Part shown: in pieces, positions 25,894 to 40,047 of the stretch | How positions within the stretch are numbered: the stretch's first letter is position 1 | Layout of the letters: every line of letters begins with the position of its first letter | Assembly (NCBI GenBank): GCA_951406725.2 | Contig: OX597814.1 | Location: 141,112,001 to 141,176,000 of the forward strand | From: Octopus vulgaris | Taxonomy: Eukaryota | Length of the DNA stretch: 64,000 nt | Direction: 5' to 3' | Notes under the pieces: model-generated | What the model saw: only the letters and a program-made list of their open reading frames with translations | Told to the model about the DNA's origin: nothing | Database searches by the model: none | Program-made: the position numbers and the translations under genes

Positions 25894-26460
25894 GGTGGCG
25901 AGCTGGCAAAATCGACAGCACACTGGGCAAATGCTTAACGGCATTCGTCCATCGACTTTGCCTTTTATCTTTTCGGGGTCAATGAATTAAGTACTAGTTG
26001 CGTACTGGGGTCGACCTAATCGCCTGGCCCCCTCCCGCTAAAATTTCGGGCCTTGTTCCTAGAATAGAAAATAATTGATAGCACACCGGGCAAATGCTTA
26101 ACGGCATTTCGTCCATCTTTACGTTCTGAGTTCAAATTCCGCGATGGTCGACTTTGCCTTTCATCTTTTCGGGGTCAATGAATTAAGTACTAGTTGCGTA
26201 CTGGGGTTGACCTAATCGACTGGCCCCCTCCCGCCAAAATTTCGGGCCTTGTTCCTAGAATAGAAAATAATTGATAGCACACCGGGCAAATGCTTAACGG
26301 CATTTCGTCCATCTTTACGTTCTGAGTTCAAATTCCGCGAAGGTCGATTTTGCCTTTCATCTTTTCGGGGTCGAGAAAAGAACCAGTTGAGCACTGGGCT
26401 CGATGTAATCGATTTACAACCTCCCTGAACTTGCTTACCTTGTGCCAAAATTTGAATCTA
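25894..26460 (+). mobile_element. Head-to-tail trimer of family A SINE
   Basis: Units restart at 26077 and 26273 (196-bp period) and share private variants such as GTCAATGAATTAAGTACTAG and CCTTGTTCCTAGAATAGAAAATAATTG. Confidence 0.9.
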
Positions 26461-26884
26461 ATATTAAAGCATAATGTCTCCCGGATTATATTATACAGTG
26501 CATTCATGTGTGCGTGCTTGCACGCGCGTGTGTGTGCGTGCGTGTGTGTGTATGCGTGTGTGTTGTGTGTGTGTTTGTGTGTGTGTGCGCGTGTGCTGTG
26601 TGTGTGCGTGTGTGCATGTGTGCTCGCGCGCACGGGTGTACAGTCAACCGTCACTAATATGGCCACCGGTAACCCGATTCCCCGGCTAATTCGGACATAA
26701 TTTCCAGTCCGGCGCACACACCTGCCGCCATCATTTCGAAGCATCAGCTGTTCGCGTAAATACTGGAAAAGCATTTCTACTTGTTTATCAATATCTATTA
26801 TTAAAACCTGCTCAAGGGCGGTGAGCTGCAAGAATCGTTAGAACGTCAGAAGAAATGTCATGCCGTGTTTATTCCGGTTTTTAT

Positions 26885-27111
26885 TCTTTTATTTGTTTCA
26901 GTTATTTGATTGCGGCCATGTTGGAGCACCGCCTTGACGGGTTTTAGTCGAACATATGGACTCACGACTTATTCTTTGTAAGCCTAGTACTTATTCTATC
27001 GGTCTCTTTTAGCCGAACCGCTATGTTACGGGGACGTAAACGCACCAATATTGGTTGTTAAGTGATGGTCGGAGGACGAATACAGACACACAAACATACA
27101 CACGCACGCAT

Positions 27112-27201
<90 letters not shown>

Positions 27202-27380
27202 ACATATATATATATGGCGTGCTTCTTTCAGTTTCCGTCTATCAAATCTACTCACAAGGCTTTGGTCGGCTCGAGGCTATAGTAGAGGACACTTGCCCAA
27301 GGTGCCACGCAGTGGGACTGAACCCAGAACCCTGTGGTTGATAAGCAAGCTACTTATCACTCACACACAGCCACTCCTGT
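26885..27380 (-). mobile_element. Family B CORE-like SINE with expanded (CA)n
   Basis: Full architecture; GGACACTTGCCCAAGGTGCCACGCAGTGGGACTGAACC. Confidence 0.9.
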
Positions 27381-28099
27381 GAGGTCAAATTTGTCTTTCA
27401 TCCGTCCAGAGTTGATAAAATAAAGTACCAGTCATGTATTGGAGTCGATAAATTGACTTTCACCCTCCAAAAAAAACCCCCAAAAAAACCAATGGTCTTG
27501 ACTCTAACGGAGGTAGTTTTGGATCAAAAATAACCATCTGTATATCATATTTAATGCAAATATATCGTTGAAGAGGATTTTACTATAGTATTTGTCCGGA
27601 TATAAGATGTCTTATGTACGATAAGATCTCTTATGTACGTGCTGTGTTTAAAAACACAATCTATATATCAAAGGGTGATGAAAATCATCTCAATGGCGTG
27701 TACTTACAGCCAGCTATATGCTGCAGGATTTGTTGCCTGCAGTATATAGGAAACAGTGAATAAAATATCCTCTTCAGTATTCCTCTTCTGCACATACTAT
27801 TGCAGCATCTGCTCCTCCAAGCTAATCCCACACAAGATCAGAAGTTACACTCGCATCTCCTCTCACTATCCCCTCTCAGACTAGCACGATCTTTTATATC
27901 CAGTATACCAGACGTCTACATTATTCTTCTCACAGGCATAAACCACTCTCTGCAATCGCAGACTTACACACGTTCAAGGTGAACATCAACAGCATCAATC
28001 TAATCAATATGGGAAAACCTTAAACATTAACTGCATTTTGCTGTTAGAATAAAGCGGAGATTCATTCGGAGAAAATGTGTGCCAAAGAGATCACTGTAT

Positions 28100-28400
28100 C
28101 ACTATACCGACAAGACTATCGGATGTTATTATACACAGCTGGTCACAATGCGCTTCCAATTCTTTCATTACTGCGTCTTTCTTTTCCATCTTGGCTCAAA
28201 ATCGTTTAACTAAGTCATCTTCTAGTGTCGTCGAGACCTCATGGATACGCTCGGCAATTGCACGTGTCTGCTTGTTGTTTGTGAACCTTGCGACGTATCC
28301 GGCCCAGCAGAAACTTGTGCTTTCGGTATTCTGCGATCAGGTTGAAATTAGATACTGACGAATCAATATTTAGTTGTGGGTGTATCAGTTCGTTTATAAT
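28100..28400 (-). mobile_element. RTE-clade LINE 3' remnant
   Basis: Minus-strand WAGYVARFTNNKQTRAIAE..DDL.K resembles the RTE post-RT region. Confidence 0.55.
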
Positions 28401-28695
28401 TGATTTAATTTGAGCGAATGAATGTAACGGATTTTACGGATTTCCTCTTTAAAGTAAAGTCAATAAATTGAATCTTCCATCAATGGATGACATTGATTAA
28501 GAAAAGGCAAGGATCAAAAACAGACAATCGCCGCATAGCAATCTATTTTCTCTTCATGAAAAATACATAACTTATCAGGGATGGAATGGCTTGTAACTAA
28601 ATCAAGAATGTCTTTTCTGGTTGACATTAGAAAGTGATTTGCGGACTAGAAAGAAAATGAGGAAAGAATTCGCCATGAATATAGCAGAGGTGTGT

Positions 28696-28735
<40 letters not shown>

Positions 28736-29531
28736 AGAGAGAGCGAGAGAGAAAGAGAGAGACATAAGAAAGAGAAAGAGGAGGTGAGACAGAGATAAAG
28801 AGAAAAGTAGAGAGCGGGAGAAAAGAAGAAAATGGGGAGAGAGATGGAGAGAGTGGGAGAGAAAGATGGAGAGGAGCGACGTACATAGGGGTAGGAGAGA
28901 GAGATGGAGAGGAGACCCGTACATAGGGGTGGGAGAGAGAGAGAGAGTAGAAAAGAGAGAGAGAGAGAGGGGGAGTGAAAGAGGAAGAGATCAAGGCTGA
29001 GGGTAAAAATCAAAACCTCAACATGTAGTAGAACGAAATTGTTGGTTGCTGCATAATCGGTCTGTTTTGGCGTCTGTATGGACATTGGAGGAAAACGTAG
29101 GTTACACTGTAAGTCAAGACACCTTGATTATTCCCTCATGGTATCACTGCAGCTTACTCTAGTTAGAAGGAGCAGTTCTGTGGAAGGTGCTGAAACTGTA
29201 GCGATCTTCAGTCGACAGCTGCTGAATGAAATACCCCGCAGGGTAAACCTGTAATAAATACATATATACATACATGCAGGTTTTCATACATATTTATATA
29301 CATGTAAGCATAAACACAAGCATATATATAAACTTACACACATGCACACAGATATAAACATGCATACACTCGCACACACATATATACATAATCTGCATAT
29401 ATACTTTCAGGTGTTTTTAATACTACGCACATTGAGAAAGTATTCTCATACACTAAAACGCAGCCGACGCACGAACTAACACACACGCACACACACACAC
29501 ACACATGCACATACACATATATATATGTATG

Positions 29532-29612
<81 letters not shown>

Positions 29613-29725
29613 AACATACATATATATATATATATACATATATATGTGTAAAGAATAAAATGTTTTGAATGGTCCAACAATGCAGTATATTACAGACAAT
29701 GGTCTATATATCTGTTGTAATTTAG

Positions 29726-31115
29726 TCATCCATAGTCTGATATGATATTTCGGAATAATATTCCTTCTTCAATTGTGACTGTTATGCTTTTGTCAGTGTT
29801 CCGGTATCTATCTAGATGGTTTCTGAAGGAGGAAGCTCTCGTGTTCAGATGTTCTTTAACGCGGACGTGTAACAGTTTTGTGTTACCCACATAGAACTTA
29901 TTGCATTTGTTACATTGTATTCTATACACAACATTTACCCGTTGGCATAAATCTGTGTCACGGATGGGACAGTTTGTTAGTGAACATTGATTGTTGTCCC
30001 TTGTTCGTTTCTTAGTGAGGTCTCCTCTCAGAGAGGGGCCAGAGTGGGCTAGTTGTATGTCTAGGCCTTCTCTTCTTATGGGTTTTCGGATGGATGTAGT
30101 TATCTCTTCGCTAAAATGGGGGTATTTTACGGAAGCATGTGTTGTTGGGTTTTCTATGTGTTCAGCGTGTTGGTCGTCATGGGTACTTAATCCGATTTAC
30201 AATGGATCTAGGGTACCCGTTGGTTTTCAATATATCTAGGAAGCGTGTAGTGTGGGTTACCTTATCCTCCGTTCTGCTGCACTTACTCTGGATGTTCATT
30301 TCTGGCGTATCCTATTTTGGCACCGAGTGGAAGTGCTGAATTGTATTGGACAAACATATCTCTACTGGCTGCTTTCCTGCAGAACTCGTTGTGGATCTCC
30401 CCTTCTCCGTTATATTCAGTTTGAAGTCAGGTAGTGATAGCGATCCAGTGATGTCGGGATGTCCATAGTGAAGTTTATGTCCATGTCCATGCTATTGAAC
30501 GTCGTGAATATTCTGTCATATTCTGTCAGCCTCTTCACAGGAGGATGTGAGTATGAGGATGTCATCTGCGTATCTGGTGAAGAAGGCGCATGAGCGGCAG
30601 ATGTTGAATGCTCGACGTTCCAGATGATTCATATAAGTATAGCTGGTAGGCCCGAGAGACTGGATCCCATGGAGAGACCTGTTGTCTGTTTGTATATGTG
30701 GTCCTGGAAAGATAAGTAAGTGTTGTCCACGATGATGGACAAAAGTTGATAAATATCAGCTGCGGTAAGTCCGAACCATTGGATGTCGGATGCTATTATG
30801 CAGTCAGTCAATAAGTTGACCGCCGAGTGTGCTGGCACCATTGTTTACAGTGAGACAACGTCAAGACTAAAGGCATATCTGTTTTGCCTGAGTTGGTCTA
30901 GGGGCAATTGGTGTAGTCTTTTGATTACTTCGTCGGAGTTCTTGACGTGTCCAGGAAAGGTGGAGAGTATGGATTTCAGGATGTGAGAAAGTAACCAGGA
31001 TATTTTATATAGAGGTCCTTCCACGCTGGAGACGATGGGTCTAATCTGGATCGTGTTGCTACTCTTGTGTGTTTCAATGAAGTGATAAAATCTGGGTAAT
31101 CCACTGTGCTTTGTG
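29726..31115 (-). mobile_element. Penelope-like element (RT with C-terminal GIY-YIG endonuclease), degraded
   Basis: LPRFYHFIETHK, IRPIVSS, HVKNS, FSLDVVSL*T, YKQTTGLSMGSSLS, FTRYADDIL, Cys-rich linker CSLTNCPI..LCQ, then VYRIQCNKCNKFYVGNT..LHVRVKEHL. Confidence 0.9.
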
Positions 31116-33042
31116 ATGTATGTATGTATGTATGTATGTGTGTTTATGTACGTGCGTAGGTGTGAAGACACTTAGCAACCGTTCAAGCTGTATACATGAA
31201 TGCATCTCTCTCGCTTTCTCTTTCTCTCCTGCTCTCCATTACATATGTACATACAGAAACTCATATGTCTATAATATGCGTTTGTATATCTGTATGTGTA
31301 TATACATACATACATATACACACATTAATGTGTGTGTGTGTTTGTGTGTGTGTTTGTGTATATGCCTGTGTACGTGCTTATGTTTGAATATGTGTGTTAA
31401 TTAAACGTTTGCACACATATATTATTGGCTTAATTTAAGTATTTCTAAATGTCTAAAGACAGTTATTTCCAAGAAATCTTGGCAGATCATTTGTTATCTT
31501 TTGATTATTCGTTTCGTTTTAACGTTTAATTGCATCGCTACATTATTGATTCCAAGGCGAATAATAACTACTACGTCTGGCATCCTGCAGGCGTTTCACA
31601 CAGTCTTTGACAATGTAAACATTTTTACCATAATAACAGGTTATTTTATAATCACTTGCACTAATTGCATCGAAGCTTTACCATTTCCAAATGAGAGGAA
31701 ATGATTGCCCTTTTACTGTACTGGAACTAATTGTTTTTGCGTGCTTTTCCCCCCATTAAACCATATGCCAGTGACAAACCCATATTTCTTCATCAATCGT
31801 TTCTTTTATGAAATAAAAGAATTTTTTTTTAATTTAAAGAAAAATAATTACCCATTTTAATTGTTTGTATATAAGAATATCTTTTAATTACAGTAGATGT
31901 CTTGCCTGATAGCTTCTACATATCCAAAATAAGACAGAAATAAAACGACAAAACGATCCTTACCCACTAAAAATCTCAAGCCAACTGACATCAAGATAAT
32001 TAAAGCAGCAGCAACAATATTTGGTTGTACAGTCAACAAATCCTATGCTAATTCATACTTGCAGTTGGTTTGGTTGATTGATAATCCATCACTTAGCCAA
32101 ATGGACGCTGGTTCGTATTCGGTATCTTTCACCAATCTACATAACCCACAACAGCCAGTTCTAAGTAAGTATACGTATGTATAGAAAGAGTGACATGGAT
32201 ATATCGCTTCAAGTGGAGGCAATGCTGTGGATTTGACAAGTGGAGGCAATGCTGTGGATTTGACAAGTGCGTCGTTGCTCGCTATACTGAATTAAATGAC
32301 GCTCAAAGAAAGAGTTAACTCACGATTGACTAGCATCATATCCCGAGAAAGCTTTATGTCTCCATCTATTAACGTTTCAAGAACCAAGGTAGAACACGGA
32401 TTATGTCATTTATAATGACTCAGTGAGGATTAACAAGATTAACTTATATTTCGTCAATTCAGTGATTCAATGTTTTTTTCTTTAATATCAATTTTGGATT
32501 TTCTCAATTTCTTATCTTGACTTGTGTAGTAAGACATTTCCGTTGATATTCACCATTCATAGAATGAACTTCACGTATGTATGTATGTATGTATGTATGT
32601 ATGTATGTATGTATGTATGTATGTATGTATGTATGTATGTATGTATGTATGTATGTATGTATGTATGTATGTATGCATTATGTATGTTTGTGTATGTGTG
32701 TGTGTGTGTGTGTGAAACAAAGAGGGGTTAATAAAGGATATTAATCAAGGCGAAATACTTCTTAAGCTCTCTGCAAATAAAAATACATCGGGCTAACAAA
32801 AAGTGTTGTGATTGCTATTGTACTCCATGTAATCCCAAGTCAAAAGCCGAAGTCGAAATCCATTTCCAGTCAAAATCGTAAATCTATGTTTGCATTATCC
32901 AGTTAAGATGATATGTTTTTACAGAGTGATAGATAAAATAGACAGAAATAATGGATCATATACATTTATTTATATACTATAGGTTCACAGCTGTAAGTCT
33001 AAGATAAATAAAGGTATATAACCCATTATTTCTGTCTGTCTG

Positions 33043-33112
<70 letters not shown>

Positions 33113-33117
33113 CATAC

Positions 33118-33178
<61 letters not shown>

Positions 33179-33224
33179 CATACATACATACATATATACA
33201 TATATACATATATATATATATATT

Positions 33225-33264
<40 letters not shown>

Positions 33265-33269
<5 letters not shown>

Positions 33270-33830
33270 TGGCATATTCTGTTAAGAAAGTAGTAGAGTA
33301 CAGTATAAAGCTCGTCCACCTTCAGATTTCACACTGTGCTATCCAGTAGTAGTATTATATGTACTTCCAGTTTGGCGATTGGGCTTCTGTCGAGTGTGAA
33401 TAGATAACTGAAAAAATTGGAGTCAACAAGGAGTGTGGTTGGACATTTATTTTCAATCACTACAATTGTTTCTACGCAACGAAGTTTTCCAGGTGTGCAG
33501 GTATTTGGTTATGTAACCGTTTCCCTGCGTTATGAGATGTAGTTGTGTTTCCTCAGGCGATTTGTAAATATTGTCTTCGTAAGTTCAAATCTCTCTAACA
33601 GATGAAAGTAGTAACTATAATAAGAAGTAATATTTATCACCACATAAATATAGCTGGTCGACGTTACTAGCGTTAGAGATAGCAGGAATTCGTTCCAGCT
33701 CGCAACATATAGAAAGCCAAGCGACAATCAGTCACTGATCTTGCAACAAGTAAAATAGCTAGTTAGAAAATCTCTATAAGAGATGAAAATAGTAACTATA
33801 ATGAGAAGTAATGTTTATCATTACAATATA
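33265..33830 (-). mobile_element. (TA)n-flanked PLE pseudo-LTR-like insert carrying a hammerhead
   Basis: Bounded by (TA)n; contains the HHR at 33455-33562, AATAAA just downstream of it on the minus strand, and an approximately 50-bp direct repeat (about 33590 and 33770). Confidence 0.6.
33455..33562 (-). ncRNA. Type I hammerhead ribozyme, intact catalytic core
   Basis: Minus strand: AATCGC-CTGAGGA-AACACAAC..(GCAGG/CCTGC inner hairpin)..GTTGCGTA-GAAA-CAATT-GTA-GTGATT; 6-bp stem I, palindromic stem III ACAATTGT, GUA triplet. Confidence 0.75.
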
Positions 33831-34104
33831 TATATATATAACCTATAATAATATATCATAATAATATTTTATTCTCCGATTTGAAGCGATAATTTATAAA
33901 TAAAAACAAATGACTGAAAAATGAGCTAATCCCAACCAGAATCAAATCAACAAATCAACCTAAACATGGCTCCTTGCACATCCGATTGGGCCAAACGCGC
34001 ACCCATCAATTTCAGCCAAATTTACTTAATATATACTTAAACTGTCTAATACTACATATGATATTTGTAAACAAGCGTGGAAGGTTTTGTAAGTTATTCT
34101 TTTA

Positions 34105-34482
34105 TTCATTTACATTTTCAGTCATTTGACTGCGGCCATGCTGGAACACCACCTTAAAGGGTTTTAGTCGAAGAAATCGACCCCAGGATATTTTCTTCGG
34201 TAGCCTAGTACTTAATTTATCGGAAGCTTTTTGCCTAATCGCTAAGTTGCAGGGACATAAACACACCAGCATCGGTTGTCAGGCGATGGTGGGGGGAACC
34301 ACACACAAAGACACATGCATGCGCACACACATACACGACGGGCCTCCTTTCCGTCTACCGAATCCACTCACATGGCTTTGGTGGACTCGAGGCAATAGTA
34401 GAAGATACTTGCCCAAGGTGCTACGCAATGGGATTGAACCCGGAACCATGTGGTTGGGAAGCAAGCTTCTTACCACTCAACC
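34105..34482 (-). mobile_element. Family B CORE-like SINE
   Basis: Full architecture. Confidence 0.85.
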
Positions 34483-35683
34483 ATATATATAATATGTGTG
34501 TACAAATAGCTGTAATATGTTTAGATCTTCACGTAGATCACCATCAACCAGTCTGTTTCCTGTAATGTGGTTAAGTAACTCCTATACGGAGTAGTATTAC
34601 CAGTTATGAATTATAGACCAAATGTAAGAGGAAGTAAGAGAAGCAAAAAATTATATTATGAGATATTCAACATAAGTTTGGAATCATGCATTGGATGTTG
34701 CAAGTGAATTTGAAGACTTAACCAGAACAGATTATTAGGGCACACTTTATTGCATTAGATTACAAAGAACAATACATGGTTCCAAACAACCATAACGGTG
34801 AAATGTACGTAGAAACAACTAATATAAACTAGTGTTTATTTTAATCTCCCCCCCTCTCTCTCTCTCTCTCACACACACAAAGACACATACTTTCAGTCAT
34901 TTGACTGCAGCCATACCGGGATGCTGCCTTGAAGGCTTTTAGTCGAACAAATTGACCCCAGGAATTTTTTAATGTCTAGCACTTATTCTATCGGTGTCTT
35001 TTTTCCGAACCGCTATTGTGAGGATGTATATATAACTACTGCTGAAGTTTCAGTAATCTACTTAACGGCAGCAGGGGGTTGGGGTTAGAGTCCTCCCAGG
35101 TCGTATAGAGAGCGCTGGAGAAGGTTCATATGTATAGGACCTATCCAAGGGCAGACCACTGCTAGTCTGGATATATATGCACACAACACAAAAATATATA
35201 CGTACACGCAGCTCCTTCAGCACAAGAAGAACTCAAATAATTAAGCAATGAAGTTATATACAACGCATATGCAGCCACATACATGTGACGATAACAGACA
35301 TGCACTATTATGGATGTGTGTGTCTTGTGGAAAAAGAGCATCTTTGTTGAACTAATGCAGAACTTACAGCACTTCTGTAAAACCACCTTTGACCTTTTTT
35401 TGTTCTGTTTGTTTTATTTGGCTGTGCTCACTCAGCTCCGAATTTAATTTTGTTTTTTTTTCCTTTTATTGTTACAACAACTCTGATACCCTTAAGCCAG
35501 ATATGGCATATTGAGGCTTCCGGTAGAAAAGAGCTCAAGTTATACTTTTCCATTCAGCTACGTCCGATGATTGCAAATTTATCTCACTACTTCTCGAACA
35601 ATTTCAGCGTGAAACCATTCGGGAACATAAACTAGCTTTTATGAGACTATAATATATACACAAAACACACACACACACGCGCG

Positions 35684-35822
<139 letters not shown>

Positions 35823-35869
35823 ATATCGTAGGACTGAATTGCTCCATTCGCAAAACGTACCTTGTCAAT

Positions 35870-36300
35870 TAAATTCTGTATGATAAATGCGAGCTTTTAG
35901 AAAAATTATCCACGCCTGCATTTACCCGTTTTCTCAACTGATGGCAGTCTAACGGATTTCTCTCATAGTTTACCTTGTTTATTTCAAGTGGTTTCAAAGA
36001 GGCCTTTACACAGTTGGTCAACAACAGCCTTGGTTTGTACTGGATGAGCTTGTATGCGTTTCTGCTTACAAGCTCACCATGCAACATCTGTTTCGGGTTC
36101 CTCCGATCATTCTTCCGTTTGATGTTTTGTTTAACCTAACAATGTAAACAGAACATGTGTACCAATGTTTCAACACTTAAGACTTACTCCTGAGAGTCGA
36201 GAACATTGCAGAAAAGTCGTCGATGGTTTAAACTCCTTAAATAACGAAGAGTTTAAAAAACAATGCAAAAATAGATGTATCTGTTACCCACTTCCACTCC
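35870..36300 (-). mobile_element. RTE-clade LINE remnant
   Basis: RNPKQMLHGEL..KPRLLLTNCVKASLKPLEINKVNYERNPLDCHQLRKRVNAGV matches the RTE pattern PKQLLYGEL..RPKLRYKD.LK.SLK...I....WE..A.DR..WR..V..GV. Confidence 0.7.
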
Positions 36301-36826
36301 TATATAAAATTTCCTACCGTTGCCCAAAAGGAAGAAACGTTCATTTTGAGCAGCTCTAACGTAAAGTCTTGTGAAGTCGCTCGTAAACTCTATGTCTGTT
36401 CGAAATGTTTTATCAGTGACCCAAAGAGATAATTTCTTTTCTACTGTCTAAATGTAATTTCAGGAGAAATTCCAAATTTCACAAGAGTCTGCTACATTAT
36501 TATCTACTTAAAACAAAAATGAGTTGCTTTGTGTCATGTTCATATTAACTTAACTGTGATTGCATTGACTTAATAAATTTTTAGCTTTAGCTTTACAATA
36601 AATCTGTTGGAACTTTTACTTAGCAATAAGTCTGTTAACTTTAGCAATAAATTTGTTAATTTGAACCTCCCTATAATGTTCATGAGACCAACAATCCTGT
36701 ACATGATAGGAAAATAATAAAGATTCATGATTCTCTGCTATGAACAATGAGTAGCAAAATGTATTTTATGAAACTTAAGAGCAAAGAGCATCATTTTCAT
36801 TCTATCGACATGCTCGTGTGAGATGT

Positions 36827-36931
<105 letters not shown>

Positions 36932-37142
36932 TAGACTTGTCTGAAATGAAGCGGACAATATAATGAGCATATTGTGATAAATGATGCAAGGTTTTTGTCT
37001 ATCAAATGATACTGAATTCAGTTTGAAATTTTATTGTATCTTTAGAAGATTGATTCCTTACAATGACAGTTATACGAGCGATGGAATTTGCAGTTATGCA
37101 AAATCTGACAAAATTAGGTTGATTTAAGACAAGAAACTACAG

Positions 37143-37575
<433 letters not shown>

Positions 37576-37931
37576 TATGCATATATAATGGGTCTGTGTT
37601 GATATTTGGCTTCTAGTGAAATATTCTGGAAGCTATAGAACAAAGTGGAAACTACAGATTATTATACTTGTTATTATAAGACATTTGAAAAGCAATATCA
37701 ATTATGACATTAGTTATAACATAGTATTTGAAATTGTAGCTATATATGTCTATCTTGCGTAGGTTTTAGAACAGTAATTTTACATATCATTGCATTTGAC
37801 TGAGTTCTCTGAATGCTAGTAGTGATTTAATTACGAAAATGCTGGCGTTTCTCAAATAGCAATGTCAAAGATGATGTCAGTATTATTAATGACAAAGACG
37901 GCGAATTGATAGAAAAGAAAGAGTAATTTAA

Positions 37932-38131
37932 CAGGCCATATCCGGGCCAAATGTTTTACCTGTTGTATGTTCAAACCAGCTCTATCTGGCCTCTCCCACC
38001 TACCCTAAAATGTTATACTGCAAATAAACAATGATGCCATCGAAATCTCGAAGCTACGAGATAGTGCATGATTAATTCAAAACTGAATCTACAAGCATTA
38101 CATTCGACAGAATCACCTGAATGATAAAGGG
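37932..38131 (-). mobile_element. piggyBac-type MITE copy (family of 601-809)
   Basis: Reverse-complement similarity including ..CTGAATGATAAAGGG end. Confidence 0.65.
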
Positions 38132-38139
38132 AGCATATC

Positions 38140-38572
38140 TTGTAACATTTAGTTACGTTTCTTTGCGAGTTGAGTTCAAATTGCTCTGAGGTCAACTTCA
38201 CCTTTCAACGCTTCCTAGTCGATATAATTAAGTACCAGTTAAGTACTGTGGTCGATATAATTGACTTTACTCTTCCTCATTTATTCGAGGTCTTGCACCT
38301 ATGTTAGAAAACTAATATTATTTATGATATGTTTAGTGTAATCAATACCAAACCCCTTAGAGCATCAAACAAAATGGCTTGCTGTATTTGTTCCAGGGCG
38401 TAACATGCTGTGTTTAAATTTCACCGAGATCACCTTAAGGATTGTGAATTTGCTTTTATCGTTTCGCGGGGCGATGAAATAAAGTGCCAGTCAAGTATTT
38501 GGGACAATTTTCTGCCCTCTATCCACACATTTCTGGCCTTGCACTTGAAATAAGGTGTGTGTGTGTGTGCAA

Positions 38573-38619
<47 letters not shown>

Positions 38620-39098
38620 CAATGTTAAAGCGTTGAAAATAAGATGGCAGACATATTCCACAGACAGTGATGATAGACGCGATAGTAATAATAATAGATA
38701 TTTCTTTCCTTTTTTAATATGGGCATAATACCTGAAATTTCGTTGGGAAGTTAGTTGGTTACATCAACCTTGAAAGGATGAAAGGCAAAATCAGTCTCGG
38801 TGGCATTTGAACTCGGTGACTCGTGAACGTAAGCCGGAAGATGTGCCGCTAAGCAGTTTTCCGACGGGTTAACGGTTCTGTCAGCTCGTCGCCTTTGAAA
38901 TAATGGTTTCAAATTTTAGCACAAAACCAGCAATTTCGGGGAAGTGTGTCAATCAATCACTTTGGTCCCAGTGCTCAACTGGTACCTATTTCATCGCCTC
39001 CGAAAAAGGATGAAAGGCAAAGTCGACCTCGGTGGGATTTGAACTTGAAGCGTAAGGATGGATGAAATGCCGTTAACGATTTTGCTAACTCGCCGCCT
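38140..39098. mobile_element. Cluster of four diverged family A SINEs (two +, two -)
   Basis: Repeated GTCGATA..AAGTACCAG and GAAAGGATGAAAGGCAAA motifs. Confidence 0.7.
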
Positions 39099-39970
39099 TG
39101 GTAATAATCTTAACCCTAACCCTAACCGTGGTGGAGTTATCGAAACTACCAGCTCACTGCTTTTGCCGCATTTGTATCAATAACATATAATATTTGTTGT
39201 TGCTGTACTTGTTGTTTAATCCCATGTTAGCTTTATCGGAAAAGACTTTTGACCAAAGTCAATCAAGGCTTTTCTTCGGCAATATCTTATCCCAAACTAC
39301 ATTATCCAACAAGGTTATTTTATAAACATAGTATTGTGTATATTGCGTGAGTTCCCACCGTTATTTCTAGCAACTTGAGTGTCATAAAGAAATTATTTCG
39401 TTGGTTTTAGTTATAAGGGTTGTCACAACAGTAATAGTAATGATGTCATTAATCGCCAAAGCTATGCAAACCATTGCATTGTGATTCGAATATAAACCGA
39501 AGTGCTGGTAGTAATCCGGTAGTGACTGAATGCTTATTGATAGCTTCTACTAAGTAGAATTCTTTACAATTAAATAGAATAAACTATACTAAAAGTCTAG
39601 GATAGATTTGAATAAAGAAACAGAAATACAAACCCGTATTGTACTTTTGGTTAATGTTGCTTCATTAAACTTTTTTACACACAGCGATAAAATTTGATAA
39701 CTACATCGTCTTCTATGTTGGTATAGAGACGTCTTAATGATTCTCGTATATGTAGGTAGTGGCTGATCTCGTATAAAGTCGGTAATGGAAATACATTAGT
39801 GAAATATCGATGAGGCTAAGCATTGGGAATTGGAAGTACATAACAGTATATTCAGAAACTATGTCAATAGATATGAATGTTAAGTGGACTCGTAACCTAC
39901 ATAGATACACACATATAACACAACTTATATTCATACATATATACATACATACACATAATCTATATATATA

Positions 39971-40047
<77 letters not shown>

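Noticed and set aside
26638-26830. 167-aa minus-strand ORF with a unique-looking N-terminus
   Set aside because: Runs through a GT microsatellite and a SINE. TACAGTCAACC looks more like a Tc1/pogo-type end, but I found no partner TIR.
29125-29260. Minus-strand CTGAAGA followed by a 12-bp stem near the Penelope 3' side
   Set aside because: GAAA, stem III and stem I are missing; too degenerate to call a hammerhead.
32985-33040. ACAGCTGTAAG..AATAAA resembling the 3' half of a PLE hammerhead
   Set aside because: The 5' half is absent; remnant only.
39111-39127. (TAACCC) telomere-like repeat
   Set aside because: Under three units; not meaningful.
39800-39875. CGATGAG...GAAACTATGTC hammerhead-like string
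   Set aside because: Core deletion and no convincing stem II.
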